A DNA stretch of 64,000 nucleotides, taken from the NCBI RefSeq assembly GCF_004010195.1, contig NC_057749.1, positions 14,357,142-14,421,141 of the forward strand, given 5' to 3'. A program made the position numbers and the translations under genes. A model generated the notes under the pieces. That model was not told the origin of the DNA and did no database searches. It saw only the letters and a list, made by a program, of their open reading frames with translations. Shown piece after piece: positions 1-11,767 of the stretch; within the stretch, counting starts at the first letter, position 1; each line of letters begins with the position of its first letter. This DNA is from Chiloscyllium plagiosum. Lineage: Eukaryota.

Positions 1-1848
1 ATTCCTGCCTTTATTAAACAGGAAGATTATGATTATTTTCTTCACTCTGCCATAGGATGTGAACATCACGAGCAAAGCCAGCACCTGTTATCTGTCCATA
101 ATTTCTCTTAAAATGGCTGTCTCGGTCACTTCATAGAGCAGTTGCCAATCAACCATATTACTGTCCATCTGGAGTCACACGTAGGCCAGACTAGGTAAGA
201 ACATTGGACTTCACAGAATTAAACAGACTTTCACAAGAACTGATGAAAGCTTCACAGTCACCATGAACCTGGCTGTTGCAGGTTCCAGGATTTAGATGTT
301 TCAGTAAGAACAGAGAAGATGGCAAAAGAGAGGACGTGTGGCACTGTTAGTCAAGGACAATATTACTGTGGTAGAAAGGATGTTTGAGGACTCATTTACT
401 GAGGTAATATGGGTTCAGGTTAGAAACAGGAAAGGAGGTCAATCTGTTGGGAGTTTTCTATAGGTCTCCAAATTGTTCCAGAGATGTAGAGGAGAGGATA
501 ACAAACATAATTCTGGATAGGAGTGAGAGTAATAGGGTTGCTGTTATGGGGGACTTTAACTTCCCAAATATTCACTGGAAATACTATAGTTTGAGTACTT
601 TAGATGGGTCAGTTTTTGTCCAATGTGTGCAGGATGGTTTCCTGACAGTATGTAGACAAGCCAACAAGGGGCAAGGCCACCCTGGATTTGGAACTGGGTA
701 ATGAACCTGGTCAGGTGTTAGATTTGGAGGTAGGTGAGCGCTGTGGTGATAGTGACCACAATTCAGTTATGTTTACTTTAGCAATGGCAAGGGACAGGTA
801 TATAATGCTGAGCAAGAGTTATTGCTGGGGGAAAGGCAATTATGATTCGATTAGGCAAGATTTAGGATGCATACGATGGGGAAGGAAACTGCAGGGAATG
901 GGCACAATTGAAATATGGAGCTTATCCTTGACAAGTATGTACCTGACAGGCAGGGGGGAAGTGGTCGAGCGAGGGAGCAGTGGTTTACTCAAGAAGTTGA
1001 ATCTCTTGTCAAGATGAAGAAGAAGGCTTATGTGAGGATGAGATATGAAGAATCAGTTAGGGTGCTTGAGAGTTACAGGTTAGCCAGGAAAAGACCTAAA
1101 GAGAGAGCTAAGAAGAGCCACAAGGGGACATGAGAAGTCATTGGCAGATAGGATCAAGGAAAATCCTAAAGCTTTCTCGAGGAATATCAGGAATAAAAGA
1201 ATGAATAGAGAAAGATTAGGGCCAATCAAGGATAGTAGTGAGAAGGTGTTTGGAGTCAGAGGAGATAGGGGAAGCACTAAATGAATATTTTCCATCGTAT
1301 TCGCACTAGAAAACAACAATATTGTTGAGGAGAATACGGAGATACAGGCTACTAGACTAGATGGGATTGAGGAGGTGGTGTTAGCAATTCTGGAACGTGT
1401 GAAAATAGTTAAGTCCCTGGGATGGATGGGATTTATCCTAGGATTCTCTGGGAAGCCAGGGAGGAGATTGCAGAGCCTTTGGCTTTGATCTTTATGTCAT
1501 CATTGTCTACAGGAATAGTGCCAGAAGACTGGAGGATAGCAAATGCTGTCCCCTTGTTCAAGAAGGGGAGTAAGGACAACCCGAGTAATTCTAGACCAGT
1601 GAGCCTTACTTGGGTTGTGGGTAAAGTGTTGGAAAGGTTAAGAGATAGGATTTATAATCATCTAGAGAGGAATAAGTTGATTAGGGATAGTCAAGTTTTG
1701 TGAAGGGTAGGTCATGTCTCACAAACCTTGAGTTCTTTGAGATAGTGACCAAACAGGTGGATGAGGGTAAAGCGGTTGATATGGTGTATATGGACTTCAG
1801 TAAGCTGTTTCATAAGGTTCCCCACGGTAGGCTATTGCTCATACAGAG

Positions 1849-2037
1849 CAGCAGGTCAGGCAGCATCCAAGGAACAGGAGAATCGACGTTTCGGGCATAA
1901 GCCCTTCCTGAAGAAGGGCTTATGCCCAAAATGTCGATTCTCCTGTTCCTTGGATGCTGCCTGACCTGTTGTGCTTTTCCAGCAACACATTTTCAGCTCT
2001 GATCTCCAGCATCTGCAGACCTCACTTTCTCCTCAAA
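1849..2037. mobile_element. Palindromic hammerhead mini-element (family A) inserted in CR1
   Basis: Inverted arms meet at ~1905-1912. Core ctgaaga-agggc-ttat-gccc-aaaatgtc at 1908 has GAAAC decayed. atacagag is repeated at 1841-1848 and 2038-2045. Confidence 0.8.
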
Positions 2038-3001
2038 ATACAGAGGCATGGGATTGAGAGTGATTTAGTGGTTTGGATCAGAAGTTGATTAGCTGAAAAA
2101 AGACAGAGGGTGGTGGTTGGTTGGAAATGTTCATCCTGGAGTTCAGTTACCAGTGGTGTACTGCAAGGATCTGTTTTGGGGCCACTGCTGTTTGTCATTT
2201 TTATAAATGACCTGGATGAGGGCATAGAAGGATGGGTTAGTAAATTTGCAGATGAGACTAAGGTCGGTGGAGTTGTGGATAGTGTTAAAGGATGTTGCAG
2301 GTTACAGAGGGACATAGATAAGTTGCAGAGCTGGGCTGAGAGGTGGCAAATGGAGTTTAATGTGGAAAAGTGCAAGGTGATTCACTTTGGAGGGAGCAAC
2401 AGGAATAGAGAGTACTGGGCTAATGGTAAGATTCTTGGTAGTGGAGATGAGCAGAGAGATCTCGGTGTCCAGGTACATAGATCCCTGAAAGCTGCCACGC
2501 AGGTTAATAGGGTTGTTAAGAAGGCATATGGTGTGTTAGCTTTTATTGGTAGAGGGAATGAGTTTCAGAGCCAAAAGGTCATACTCCATCTGTACAAAAC
2601 TCTGGTGCAGCTATACTTGGAGTATTGCGTACAGTTCTGGTCACTGCATTATAGGAAGGATGTGGAAACTTTGCAAAGGGTTCAGAGGAGATTTACTAGG
2701 ATGTTGACTGGTATGGTGGGAAGGTCTTATGAGGAAAGGCTGAGGGAATTGAGGCTGTTTTCGTTAGAGAAAGGAAGGTTGAGAGGTGACTTAATTGAGA
2801 CATAAGATAAACAGAGGGTTAGATAGGGTGGACAGTAAGAGCCTTTTTCCCTCGGATAATGATGGCTAGCATGAGGAGACATAGCTTTAAATTGAGGAGT
2901 GATAGATATAGGACAGATGTCAGAGGTACTTTCTTTATTCAGAGAGTAGTAGGAGCGTGGAACGCACTGCCTGCAATAGTAGTAGACTCACCAACGTTAA
3001 G

Positions 3002-3137
3002 ATCAACTAGGAGAAAGTGAGGACTGCAGATGCAAGGAGGAGAGCTTCCTGAAGAAGGGCTTATGCCCGAAACATCGATTCTCCTACTCCTCGGATGCTG
3101 CCTGGCCTGCTGCGCTTTTCCAGCACCACACTTTTCA
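3002..3137 (+). mobile_element. Hammerhead mini-element (family A) with short inverted 5' piece, inserted in CR1 3' region
   Basis: 16-bp TSD actcaccaacgttaag at 2986-3001 and 3138-3153. ctgaaga-agggcttatgccc-gaaacatc-gattc starts at 3049. Confidence 0.85.
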
Positions 3138-4939
3138 ACTCACCAACGTTAAGGGCATTTAATTGGTCTTGGATAAACATATGGATGAAAATGGAATAGT
3201 GTACGATAGATGGGCTTCAGATTGGTTCCACAGGTCAGCGCAACATCAAAGACTGAAGGGCCTGTATTGTGCTGTCATCTTCTATGTTCTATGATGGAGG
3301 CTGGCTTTGAATTTCAGTTCCCACCCCTCCCACAAAAAAGCTAACCGAATTCAAATTCCATAGCTGCTGTGATGTGCCCTCTGGACTACTGAACTGATGA
3401 CATCAACACAATATTCCCCAAATATCCCAAGGCCTAACAATTTGCTTAGCCAGTTATCAATCTGTATAATCACAACATTTGTACTGTTCAGGAATTCAGT
3501 TACTCAGAATGCAAAATGCAGCTCAAAATGGTAGCATTCAATGGACAGAGAAATGAAGTATGAAATGAGTACAGTTGTTACAAAACAATTCACCATGGCA
3601 ACAATATCCTTTCAGAGAACATTAGATTGGTTTTTCAATGATTTCACAAAATTCTGTCTGTTTTCTTGCATTTATAAACTCATCCATGGTTACTAAATCC
3701 AAATGCACAATTTCCAAGCACTATAGAATATCTTAACTTACAGCTAAATAGATATGTTTGTATAATTTGTTTTGCAGACAGCATAATGAAAATGTGTTTT
3801 ATATCAAGTGCAGCAAGCATACTGCAATGTCAATAGCTCAACAGAAAACAAAGATATTTTGTAACGTATTAAAGCCAACAATTTTTACACAATGAAAAAG
3901 CTCATCATGTTCAACAATCATTGAAATTACCTACCACTAAAATCCCTCCAAGATGTGTAAGCAGAAATTGTTATCCAGATTGTTTACCCTTAGAAGCCTT
4001 TAATAAAAAGGGACTTATCCTTACAATAAATCCTGAATTAAATTTGGGTTTTTGAATAGACTCTGATAATAAGTCACATTGATCACTTCTGTTATTCCAC
4101 AGAATATGTATTAAAGGAAGAATGGTGAACTTTCAATTTGGTGTAACTGCTAGATTTTTACATCATTTTCAGCTATTTCAACAGCCTTCACATCATAGGC
4201 TGGTCACTTTCTATATAGCCAGTCATTTTAACGACACATATGAAATTTTTGAAAAACTGGCTCTCAATTTATTATAATCTGCAAATTCGATCGACTTGCA
4301 TTGAATCTCTTCCTTCAAATCACTGCTTAACATATTACAAAGGACTCAATTCTGCTCCTTTCGACATTACAAACAACTTCTCTCCAGGTACCAAGATCCA
4401 CTGGGAATCCAATCCAGTTAAGAGTTCCAGATAGAAGTCTAATTGCTGAGCTTGGTGAAAGGTTTCTTTAAAATCTAGGCACACTGTCATCAGGCTTTCT
4501 AAGCTTCACCCAGGTTAAAAACAAAGGAGACTGTTCATGCAGGATCCTTCCTTTTTCAGTCCATGTTAGCTACTATTTGCAAGGTACCAGATTATCAACT
4601 GCATTTACATGCTAATCTATTAGTAGTTTCTTAGTATTCTATTCTTAATCACTGGCAGTGCCCCACATTTATCCACTTCTCTCTTTATATTTCATGATAT
4701 TGTTATGAAGGTGTAGGTGTGTACTGTACCTTTAAGAGATAGTGAAAGCTGGGAAGGACTGACTGAAAGCACAGAGTGAGCTGAACAATTTAAAAATGGT
4801 TGTGAAACAAATAGCTGGAGATGAGTTGCCATGGTACACAACAAAATCGAATCCAGCCAATCAATTTAAATTATGCCTCAAGATAGCAAAATCCAATCGA
4901 ATTTGAATTTTAATGTTTTGAATGACATCAAACCAATGA

Positions 4940-5144
4940 TTTGGAGATGCCGGTGTTGGACTGGGGTGTACAAAGTTAAAAATCACATAACACCAGGTTA
5001 TAGTCCAACAGGTTTAATTGGAAGCACACTAGCTTTCGGAGCATCGCTCCTTCATTACCAACTGATGAAGGACCGCGCTCTGAAAGCTAGTGTGCTTCCA
5101 ATTAAACCTATTGGACTATAACCTGGTGTTGTGTGATTTTTAAT
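4940..5144. mobile_element. Palindromic hammerhead mini-element (family B, GAAAGCUA type) inserted in the solo LTR
   Basis: 14-bp TSD catcaaaccaatga at 4926-4939 and 5145-5158. Inverted arms ~4977-5055 and ~5064-5143. ctgatga-aggac..ctct-gaaagcta-gtg at 5062. Confidence 0.85.
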
Positions 5145-5350
5145 CATCAAACCAATGAGACAGTCTGACGTTTTGGGGTATATAAAATCAGATATTTTGA
5201 GCAGCAAAGAGCACCAAAAAAATACCAATTAAACCTATTGGACTATAACCTGGTGTTGTGTGATTTTTAACATCAAACCAATGAGACAGTCTGACGTTTT
5301 GGGGTATATAAAATCAGATATTTTGAGCAGCAAAGAGCACCAAAAAAATA
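5098..5350 (+). repeat. Near-perfect tandem duplication, ~127 bp x2
   Basis: 5098-5224 is repeated at 5225-5350 with about one indel, spanning the mini-element/LTR junction. Confidence 0.9.
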
Positions 5351-5849
5351 CGGCCTGCATAGCCTCTCTCTGAAAGGTACCTTTTCATATGAAAGTTATG
5401 AAGCTGAAGACCGGAAAAGAGACCCAGGAAAGTACAAACGAAGATACCTGGGAAAAGCGACAACTGGCTGGTTTTGAAATCTGAACTTTTTTGTTAAACG
5501 TAACCGAGGGTTTTATTGGATCAGTATGTTGTTGTACAGTGGAAGGTATATAAATTAATCAGACAAAGGAGGATTACGATGTGGATAGTTGTTGATTAAT
5601 GTTTTTGTGTTTCTTGGAGTTAAAGAATAAATTGTTAATTTCTTTTTCTTTAAATAGTGGGAATTTGGTAGTTCTTTGTCATTCATACTTAAACAGATTA
5701 TGAGACGACGTGAGCTTTTCTGTGGCTCTGGTTCAAATTAGCATAAGGGTTTACCCTGTCTCGTAACAGTATGTATCATGTAGCATCGGGAATTTGAGGC
5801 TGAGCCACAGTCTTCTGTTCCTGCTGTGCACTCCAAATCCGTCAACGCT

Positions 5850-6190
5850 CTAATAACTCCAAGACTAAACAATACATTTCCCAACCCTTGTGCCAAATTT
5901 GACCATGATAAGAGCAATTCTGCATCTCCTCCTGCCCTCCAAGATATTTGCACTGTTTCAATTCGGACATCATAAGGGTCTGTATTTTTAAAAGCAATCC
6001 ATCATTAGGTGGTCAGGCCTTCAGATGCCAAGACTCCAAGGCCTGTAATTCCTTTCCTAAATCTCTCCACTTTTCGTCTTTCTTTTAAGATGTTTCACAA
6101 AACTTATTTCCCTAACTAAACCTTTGATCATTTTCCCGAGTACTGTTTGTGTGCGTTCGCGTTAATTTTGTTGTTTCTTAAAACACTACC
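5850..6190 (+). mobile_element. Old L2-like LINE 3' fragment
   Basis: ggtggtcaggccttcagatgccaagactccaaggcctgtaattcctttcct resembles the L2 ORF2 end (GGRAFS..P.LWNSLP). Similar sequence at ~59640 and ~63250. Confidence 0.5.
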
Positions 6191-6991
6191 TGCTGCCACA
6201 GCACCAGAATAGGAACTTTGCAGTGCTAACAACATTGTTGTTGCCTCCAGTTTACCACCTGTCTCACTGCCCTGCTCATCACCCAGTTCCTGGCTTTGCT
6301 CAAGCAGGGATGCAGGTGAGGCAGCAAAAGTCAAGGTTTGGAAACAGGGCAGTGAGAAAGTTGACAGAAGGAGGGAGGAGGAGGTGAATAGGGTGGGAGT
6401 GAAACTACAGTGAGGCAGCAAAGGGTTTGGAGTGGGACAGTGATAGTTAGACATCTGAACCATTATTCTTTGATGCAGTGATGTCACAAGCACTGAAATT
6501 CCATGTGTATGAAGTGAAATTGCACTGGCAGCAACACAGCCTTTTAAATTGCTCTTGTGAAACACCTTGAAATGTTTTATCACATTAAAGATACCATAAG
6601 TAGAAATTATTCTCCTGACTTTCATCTTGCTTATATCAATAGCTTCAAGTCAATAGTGTGTTAGCTAATGGCTTTCCTATGTTTGACTGTCATTTACAGT
6701 TTCTGCTTTTGAACTCTTCTTTCATCTGACCAATCTCCTACTGATTTTATTTATATCCTAGTCAATGCTTTTTGCCACTTTTCTCTGTTTCAAAGGTAGT
6801 TACGAGAAAAGTGTTTGAAATAATAATATTCATCTCAGAGAACTAACTTACCTTTCACCCTGCAGGACTTCATTTTCCTCCTTATTTTGCTTATAATTAA
6901 TTTTAACTATTTTGGCACAAATTTAAATCTACATTTAATGGTCATGCTTGCTATACATTACTTTAAACAACCCTACAAAGTTATATTCGAA

Positions 6992-7672
6992 GGATATTGG
7001 GTGTATGGCTGAACAAAGAGACCTTTGACTGCAGGTTCAAAGTTTCTTGAAAGTGGAACTGCAGGTAGACAGGATAGTGAAGGTGGTGTATGCTTGCCTT
7101 TATTGGTCAGTACATTGAGTAAAGGAGTTGGAAAGTCATGTTGCGGCTAAGACATTGGTTAGGCCATTTTTGGAATACTGCATACAATTCTGGTCTCCTG
7201 CTATAGGAATTATGTTGTGAAACCTGAAAGGGTTCAGGAAAGATTTACAAGGATGTTGCCAAGGTTGGAGGGTTTGAACTATAGGGAGATGCTGAATAGG
7301 CTGGGGCTATTTTTCCTTGAGTGTCAGAAGTGGAGGGATGACCCTATAGCAGTTTATAAAATCATGAGGGGCATGGATAGGGTGAGGGCATGAGTTTAAT
7401 GTGAGAGGAGAAAGATTTAAAAAGGGTACCAAGGGGCAACCTTTTCACGCAGAGGGTGGTACATGCATGAAATGAGCTGTCAGAGGAAGTGGTGGAGCTG
7501 GTACAATTAGAACATTTAAAAGGCATCTGGATGGGTGTATGACTACTAAGGGTTCAGAGGGAAATGGGCCAAATGCTAGCAAATGGGACTAGATTAATTT
7601 AGGATATCTGATCAGCATGGAGAAGTTCAACCAAAGGTTCTGTTTCCATGCTGTACAGCTTGAGACATCTGT
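6992..7672 (+). mobile_element. CR1 LINE 3' fragment
   Basis: Close match to the 3' parts of the CR1 copies at 14640-15312 and 30300-30985. Confidence 0.9.
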
Positions 7673-7904
7673 AAATGCTTGCCTATACTCGTCACTCATG
7701 CTTCTGAAGTTACCCCTCATTTTTTCTGACGTTCAAAATTATTTAAGCTGGCTTCTATTCCTTAACATTTCTGGATATCAAATCAAATTTTACCATTGTG
7801 GTTTCCGTTCCTACAAGCATTATGACCTCCCTGTATTACAATGTCAGTATCTGCACTCAGGTAGCTTTGTTGATGCTTAATTTGAGAATGGCAGCAGCAA
7901 ATAG

Positions 7905-8056
7905 AATCAGAGAATCCCTAAAGTGCAGAAAAAGGCCAATTGGCCGATTGGGTCTATACTGAACATTGAAAGAGCATCCCACCCAGACATACCCTTCTCC
8001 CCGCATGGGGTTTATACCATGGTTAAGCCACCAAACCATATCCCCGAAAACTACAG
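7905..8056 (-). mobile_element. Decayed V-SINE 3' fragment
   Basis: agaatccctaaagtgcagaaaaaggcc.. resembles the reverse-complement tail of the HE1-like SINEs elsewhere in the window. Confidence 0.5.
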
Positions 8057-9347
8057 GGCAAAGCAGCGTTTCAAGATCCTTGAATTTCACAGGACTTAGA
8101 AAAATGGCCAAGTGTATAAGATTCCACACATTTTGAAACTAATGGATCATGATAAAGGTTGCTGTTGCAGCATCAGGGAAAACATGAAAGTGGTCATCTG
8201 GACTCACGTTCACATAGGCATTACTATAGTGCAGTCAAATAAAGTTTGAGTATCACTTTATTGCTTTCCAAATGATTTGGAATAATGAATTGAGAATACA
8301 ATGTTGTGTTTTCTCCAAAGAGAAAAGAAAATTAAGAAAATGAAAAATTCAAAATGCCTCAAATTACACAAGAGACCAGGTAAAACAAAATCATTAAACA
8401 TTGCATATCCAAGCTCAGGAGCCTCTAAGCTGCTTAGATCAAAACTCAGATTGGCAACAATCGGTTATTACATTCTATTTTTAGTAAACTTAATATACTT
8501 ACTCTAAATTTTCTTACAGGAAAGTAGTTTCTTGTGGAGATCTTAAGTAATAAATCTATGGAGTGAAAATAGAGTTTTTAGTAAATACATTAAATTACAC
8601 AGTCACTAAAATTATTGAAATGATAGTGAACTCATTACATATTGTTAAAGGGAATTGTATGTATATTTGAGAGAAAAAGGATTGTTGGACTACAGGGAAA
8701 GTGCGTACGATTGGATTTGGATAGTCTTTCAGAAAGCTAGAGGCGTAATGGACACAATGGCCTCCTCCTTTATTATAACACTGTGCAATTCAATCTTATA
8801 ACACATTTCACCCAGATTCAATAAAGCCATTGTTCTACAATTCTTCCATCTCACCCATCTCTAGTGAATGTTTTGGTTACAGCGAGGCTTTAGCTTTACC
8901 AGTGTCAGTTATTATCCGATACTGTTCCTTTGGGAAGAGCTTTTTTTAAATGAATTTGTTCTTTGGTTTGGGTGATAGTATGGCTACATTTATTGCCAGT
9001 AATTGATAACACTTGTCTGCAAAACTGGTGGTCTGCCATCTTTTTGAATAATAAACGTGGCATTAACAGTAAAATTAATGTGGAGCTGGTCACATGTGGA
9101 CTCAACTAACTATCTCCTTCACTGAAGAACATTAATGATCCAGTTATATTTTGACAATAATTTGGCAATGTTTCTGCTCACCTTTTCTACTGCCAACCCA
9201 GAACCCTATCTAACTTATCAAATTCAGTTTTACAATGTTGTAATTTGGGTTCTAAATCTCTGCACATTGTGCTCATATAACACCATAAGTTCAAAAGGAG
9301 TCCAACCCTGCCCTGACTCAATGTCTATGAGTACATAGCCAATTACA

Positions 9348-9911
9348 GTCATGGAGTCATAGAGATGTACAACATGGAAACAGACCTTTCAGTCCAACCC
9401 GTCCATGCCCAACCCAATCTAGTCCCACCTGCCAGCGCCCAGCCCATATCCCTCCAAACCCTTCCTATTCATATACCCATCCAGATGCCTTTTAAATGTT
9501 GCAATTGTACCAGCCTTCACCACTTCCTCTGGCAGCTCATTCCATGCATGTACCACCCTCTGCATGAAAAAGTTGCCCCTTAGGTCTCTTTTATATCTTT
9601 CCCCTCTCACCCTAAACCTATGCCTTCTAGTTCTGGACTCCCGACCCCAGGGAAAAGACTTTGCCTATTTACCCTATCCATACCCCTCATAATTTTGTAA
9701 ACCTCTACAAGGTCACCCCTCAGCCTCAGACGCTCCAGGGAAAACAGTCCCAGCCTGTTTAGCCCCTCCCTATAGCTCAAATCCTCCCACCCTGGCAACA
9801 TCCTTGTAAATCTTTTCTGAACCCTTTCAAGTTTCACAACATCTTTCCGATAGGAAGGAGACCAGAATTGCATGCAATATTCCAACAGTGGCCTAACCAA
9901 TATCCTGTACA
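9348..9911 (-). mobile_element. CR1 LINE 3' fragment
   Basis: Minus-strand ORFs YRILVRPLLEYCMQFWSP..LERVQKRFTRM and GNFFMQRVVHAWNELP. Confidence 0.95.
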
Positions 9912-10124
9912 TACTGAAGGAATAATCTATCTAGTCCCCTTCTCGGCAGAATCAGAGCCATCAGTATCACCACAATCCCAGTTGAGATCAATTCATTTCA
10001 CACAGGTCTGAAATAAATTGAGGAAACCTGGTTTCCCAGTTCTCCACTTAATAAAACTGAATAATAACTAGGGAACCAGGAAATGTAGCTCTGGTTAGGA
10101 AAGTAATATGGATGAGAGTCTGAC

Positions 10125-10312
10125 AGCACCCGTGCAGGGAGAAACAGATTTAATGTTGAGTCCAGTGACCCTTCTTCACCATCGAGTCACTGGACTCAAG
10201 ACATTAACTCCATTTCTCTCTCCAGATATGTTGCCAAACCGCCTGAGTTTCTTCAGCAATTTCTATTTTTGTACGTTTTCGATCTCCATCATCTACAGTT
10301 GTGTGTTTATTT
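10125..10312. mobile_element. Decayed palindromic hammerhead-type mini-element (family D, gtcactggac stem)
   Basis: Inverted repeat ttaatgttgagtccagtgac..gtcactggactcaagacattaa. Related to 19110-19205; catalytic core degraded. Confidence 0.55.
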
Positions 10313-11636
10313 CATAACATTGATGTGAATTTGTTCACTGGGGTGGCAATTTCAAATTTTGATTAGCAAGTTCCATTGATGCAGGAAAAAGTATATGTAT
10401 TGTATATGTTCTGATTAGCCAGTTTCAAATATCTTCACTTTGTTCCTTATCATACAAAAATGGTTTCAGTAATGTATTTACCACCACTATGGCACAACAG
10501 AAAAACAAAAAAAAGGCATTGTATGTTTGACACTCGTGATAACATAGGTATTGCTACACAATGTCACCCACGTTCCACTGGGAAGAGTGATCATCTACCA
10601 AGCATTCGGTTACTTTTTCCTGACAAGAAACCACTATATTAATCCAGTGAAAAACCTATGAAAACTAGCTAACGTAACATTACACAATGAAAGAAGTCGA
10701 CTCACAGATGTTGGTGTTCTGGTACGCAAATGCAAGATGTCTACTTGGGTCAACTACTGAAGTATACTACCAGATCAGGCACAAGAAATAGTGAGTGCTG
10801 CAGAGCATTCAACACCAGTCTCTGTGGCAAATGTATAATAATTGATTATAAAGGTAGTCACTCAGTTTATCTTAATTTTCATAGATTCTCTATCCAAATG
10901 GTTTCCATGAGTAAAAGTCCAGAATTAGGACATTCCATAAATTGACTCATGCCAAGTAACTTTGCGCCTGATGGTGAACCAAGGAAAAAGTCTTTTGTCT
11001 TTTGATTTCCCCTCCTCTAGGTGGGAAGATTCCTGGTTTCCATCCAGTGGCCTAGCTGAGAACAGGAACCCAATGTCGGGAAATCATAGAAATGAGTCTA
11101 CTTCCTACCACTCCAGTTTTAGCTACTGAAACTAGACTAATTCAAATGGCAGCTGTACAGCAAAAGATAGAATTGGCCCATAAACATTTCAAGAATAAAA
11201 ATTCGATCTCCAACTTGCACTGAACTAATTAATCCCAGCAGGGCAATGGTAGGAACGTCCAAATGAGCCTCAGCACTCCTGGACAGAGAGGGGTGATGTT
11301 TGTTTTCAAACACTGCACTTCTAAAAGGCAACCCTTATATGTACGTATATACACACACACACTATGATAAAGATGTAGATATCAATTTTCACATTATTTG
11401 CAACTAATGTTCTCAAATAAATAACACTCAAGTGATAAGAAAAAAAAATCAGGCGTGCCTTAAGGGACCAACCAGAACGATGATAATATTAAATATTAAT
11501 GAAGCTTCAAGCCAGAGTGCTTTAAAGCCGACCTGTCTGTATGATAAATCTTCTAATATTAAGCGGGTGAGAAGATTCCCTTCTTTCAAAATGATTCCGT
11601 TGGAATTTTAAAACTAAAATGTCGCAAATATAGTAG

Positions 11637-11674
11637 GATTCCTGATGAAGGGCTTTTGCCCGAAACGTCGAATC
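11637..11674 (+). ncRNA. Minimal type I hammerhead ribozyme motif, best-preserved copy
   Basis: GAUUC-CUGAUGA-A-GGGC-UUUU-GCCC-GAAA-CG-UC-GAAUC. Stem I gattc/gaatc, intact core, 4-bp stem II, loopless palindromic stem III (ACGU). Predicted cleavage after C11669. Confidence 0.8.
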
Positions 11675-11767
11675 TCCTGCTCCTCAGATGCTGCCTGACC
11701 CCGCTGTGCTTTTCCAGCACCACACTCTCAACTCTGATCTCCAGCAATTGCAGTCCTCACTTTCGTC
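11637..11767 (+). mobile_element. Single-arm hammerhead mini-element (family A)
   Basis: Hammerhead followed by the ~95-nt tail (gatgctgcctgacc..gcttttccagcaccacac..ctctgatctccagc..tgcagtcctcactttc) shared with the copies at 1849, 3002, 28157, 36224 and 51213. Confidence 0.85.

Larger units (their letters stand above)
267..3294 (+). mobile_element. CR1 LINE, 5'-truncated and frameshifted ORF2 (APE endonuclease + RT) with 3' tail
   Basis: ORF fragments: YRSPN..MGDFNFPNI and SDHNSV (APE); DGIYPRIL..WRIANAVPLFKKG; GVLQGSVLGPLLFVIFINDLD..KFADETK (RT); LEYCVQFWS. Ends in a tctatgttctatga tail. Interrupted by two short insertions. Confidence 0.95.
4701..5768 (+). mobile_element. Probable solo LTR of an LTR retrotransposon
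   Basis: Starts tgttatga and ends tcgtaaca (TG..CA, 7/8 inverted match). Flanks atat/gtat resemble a 4-bp TSD. Internal tatataaaa and aataaa; no coding content. Confidence 0.65.

Noticed and set aside
2110..2805. 231-aa RT ORF as a functional or domesticated gene
   Set aside because: It is a fragment of a frameshifted CR1, and the catalytic FADD is mutated to FADE.
6128..6625. 165-aa minus-strand ORF
   Set aside because: Low-complexity translation over SINE/L2 relics, with no homology recognised.
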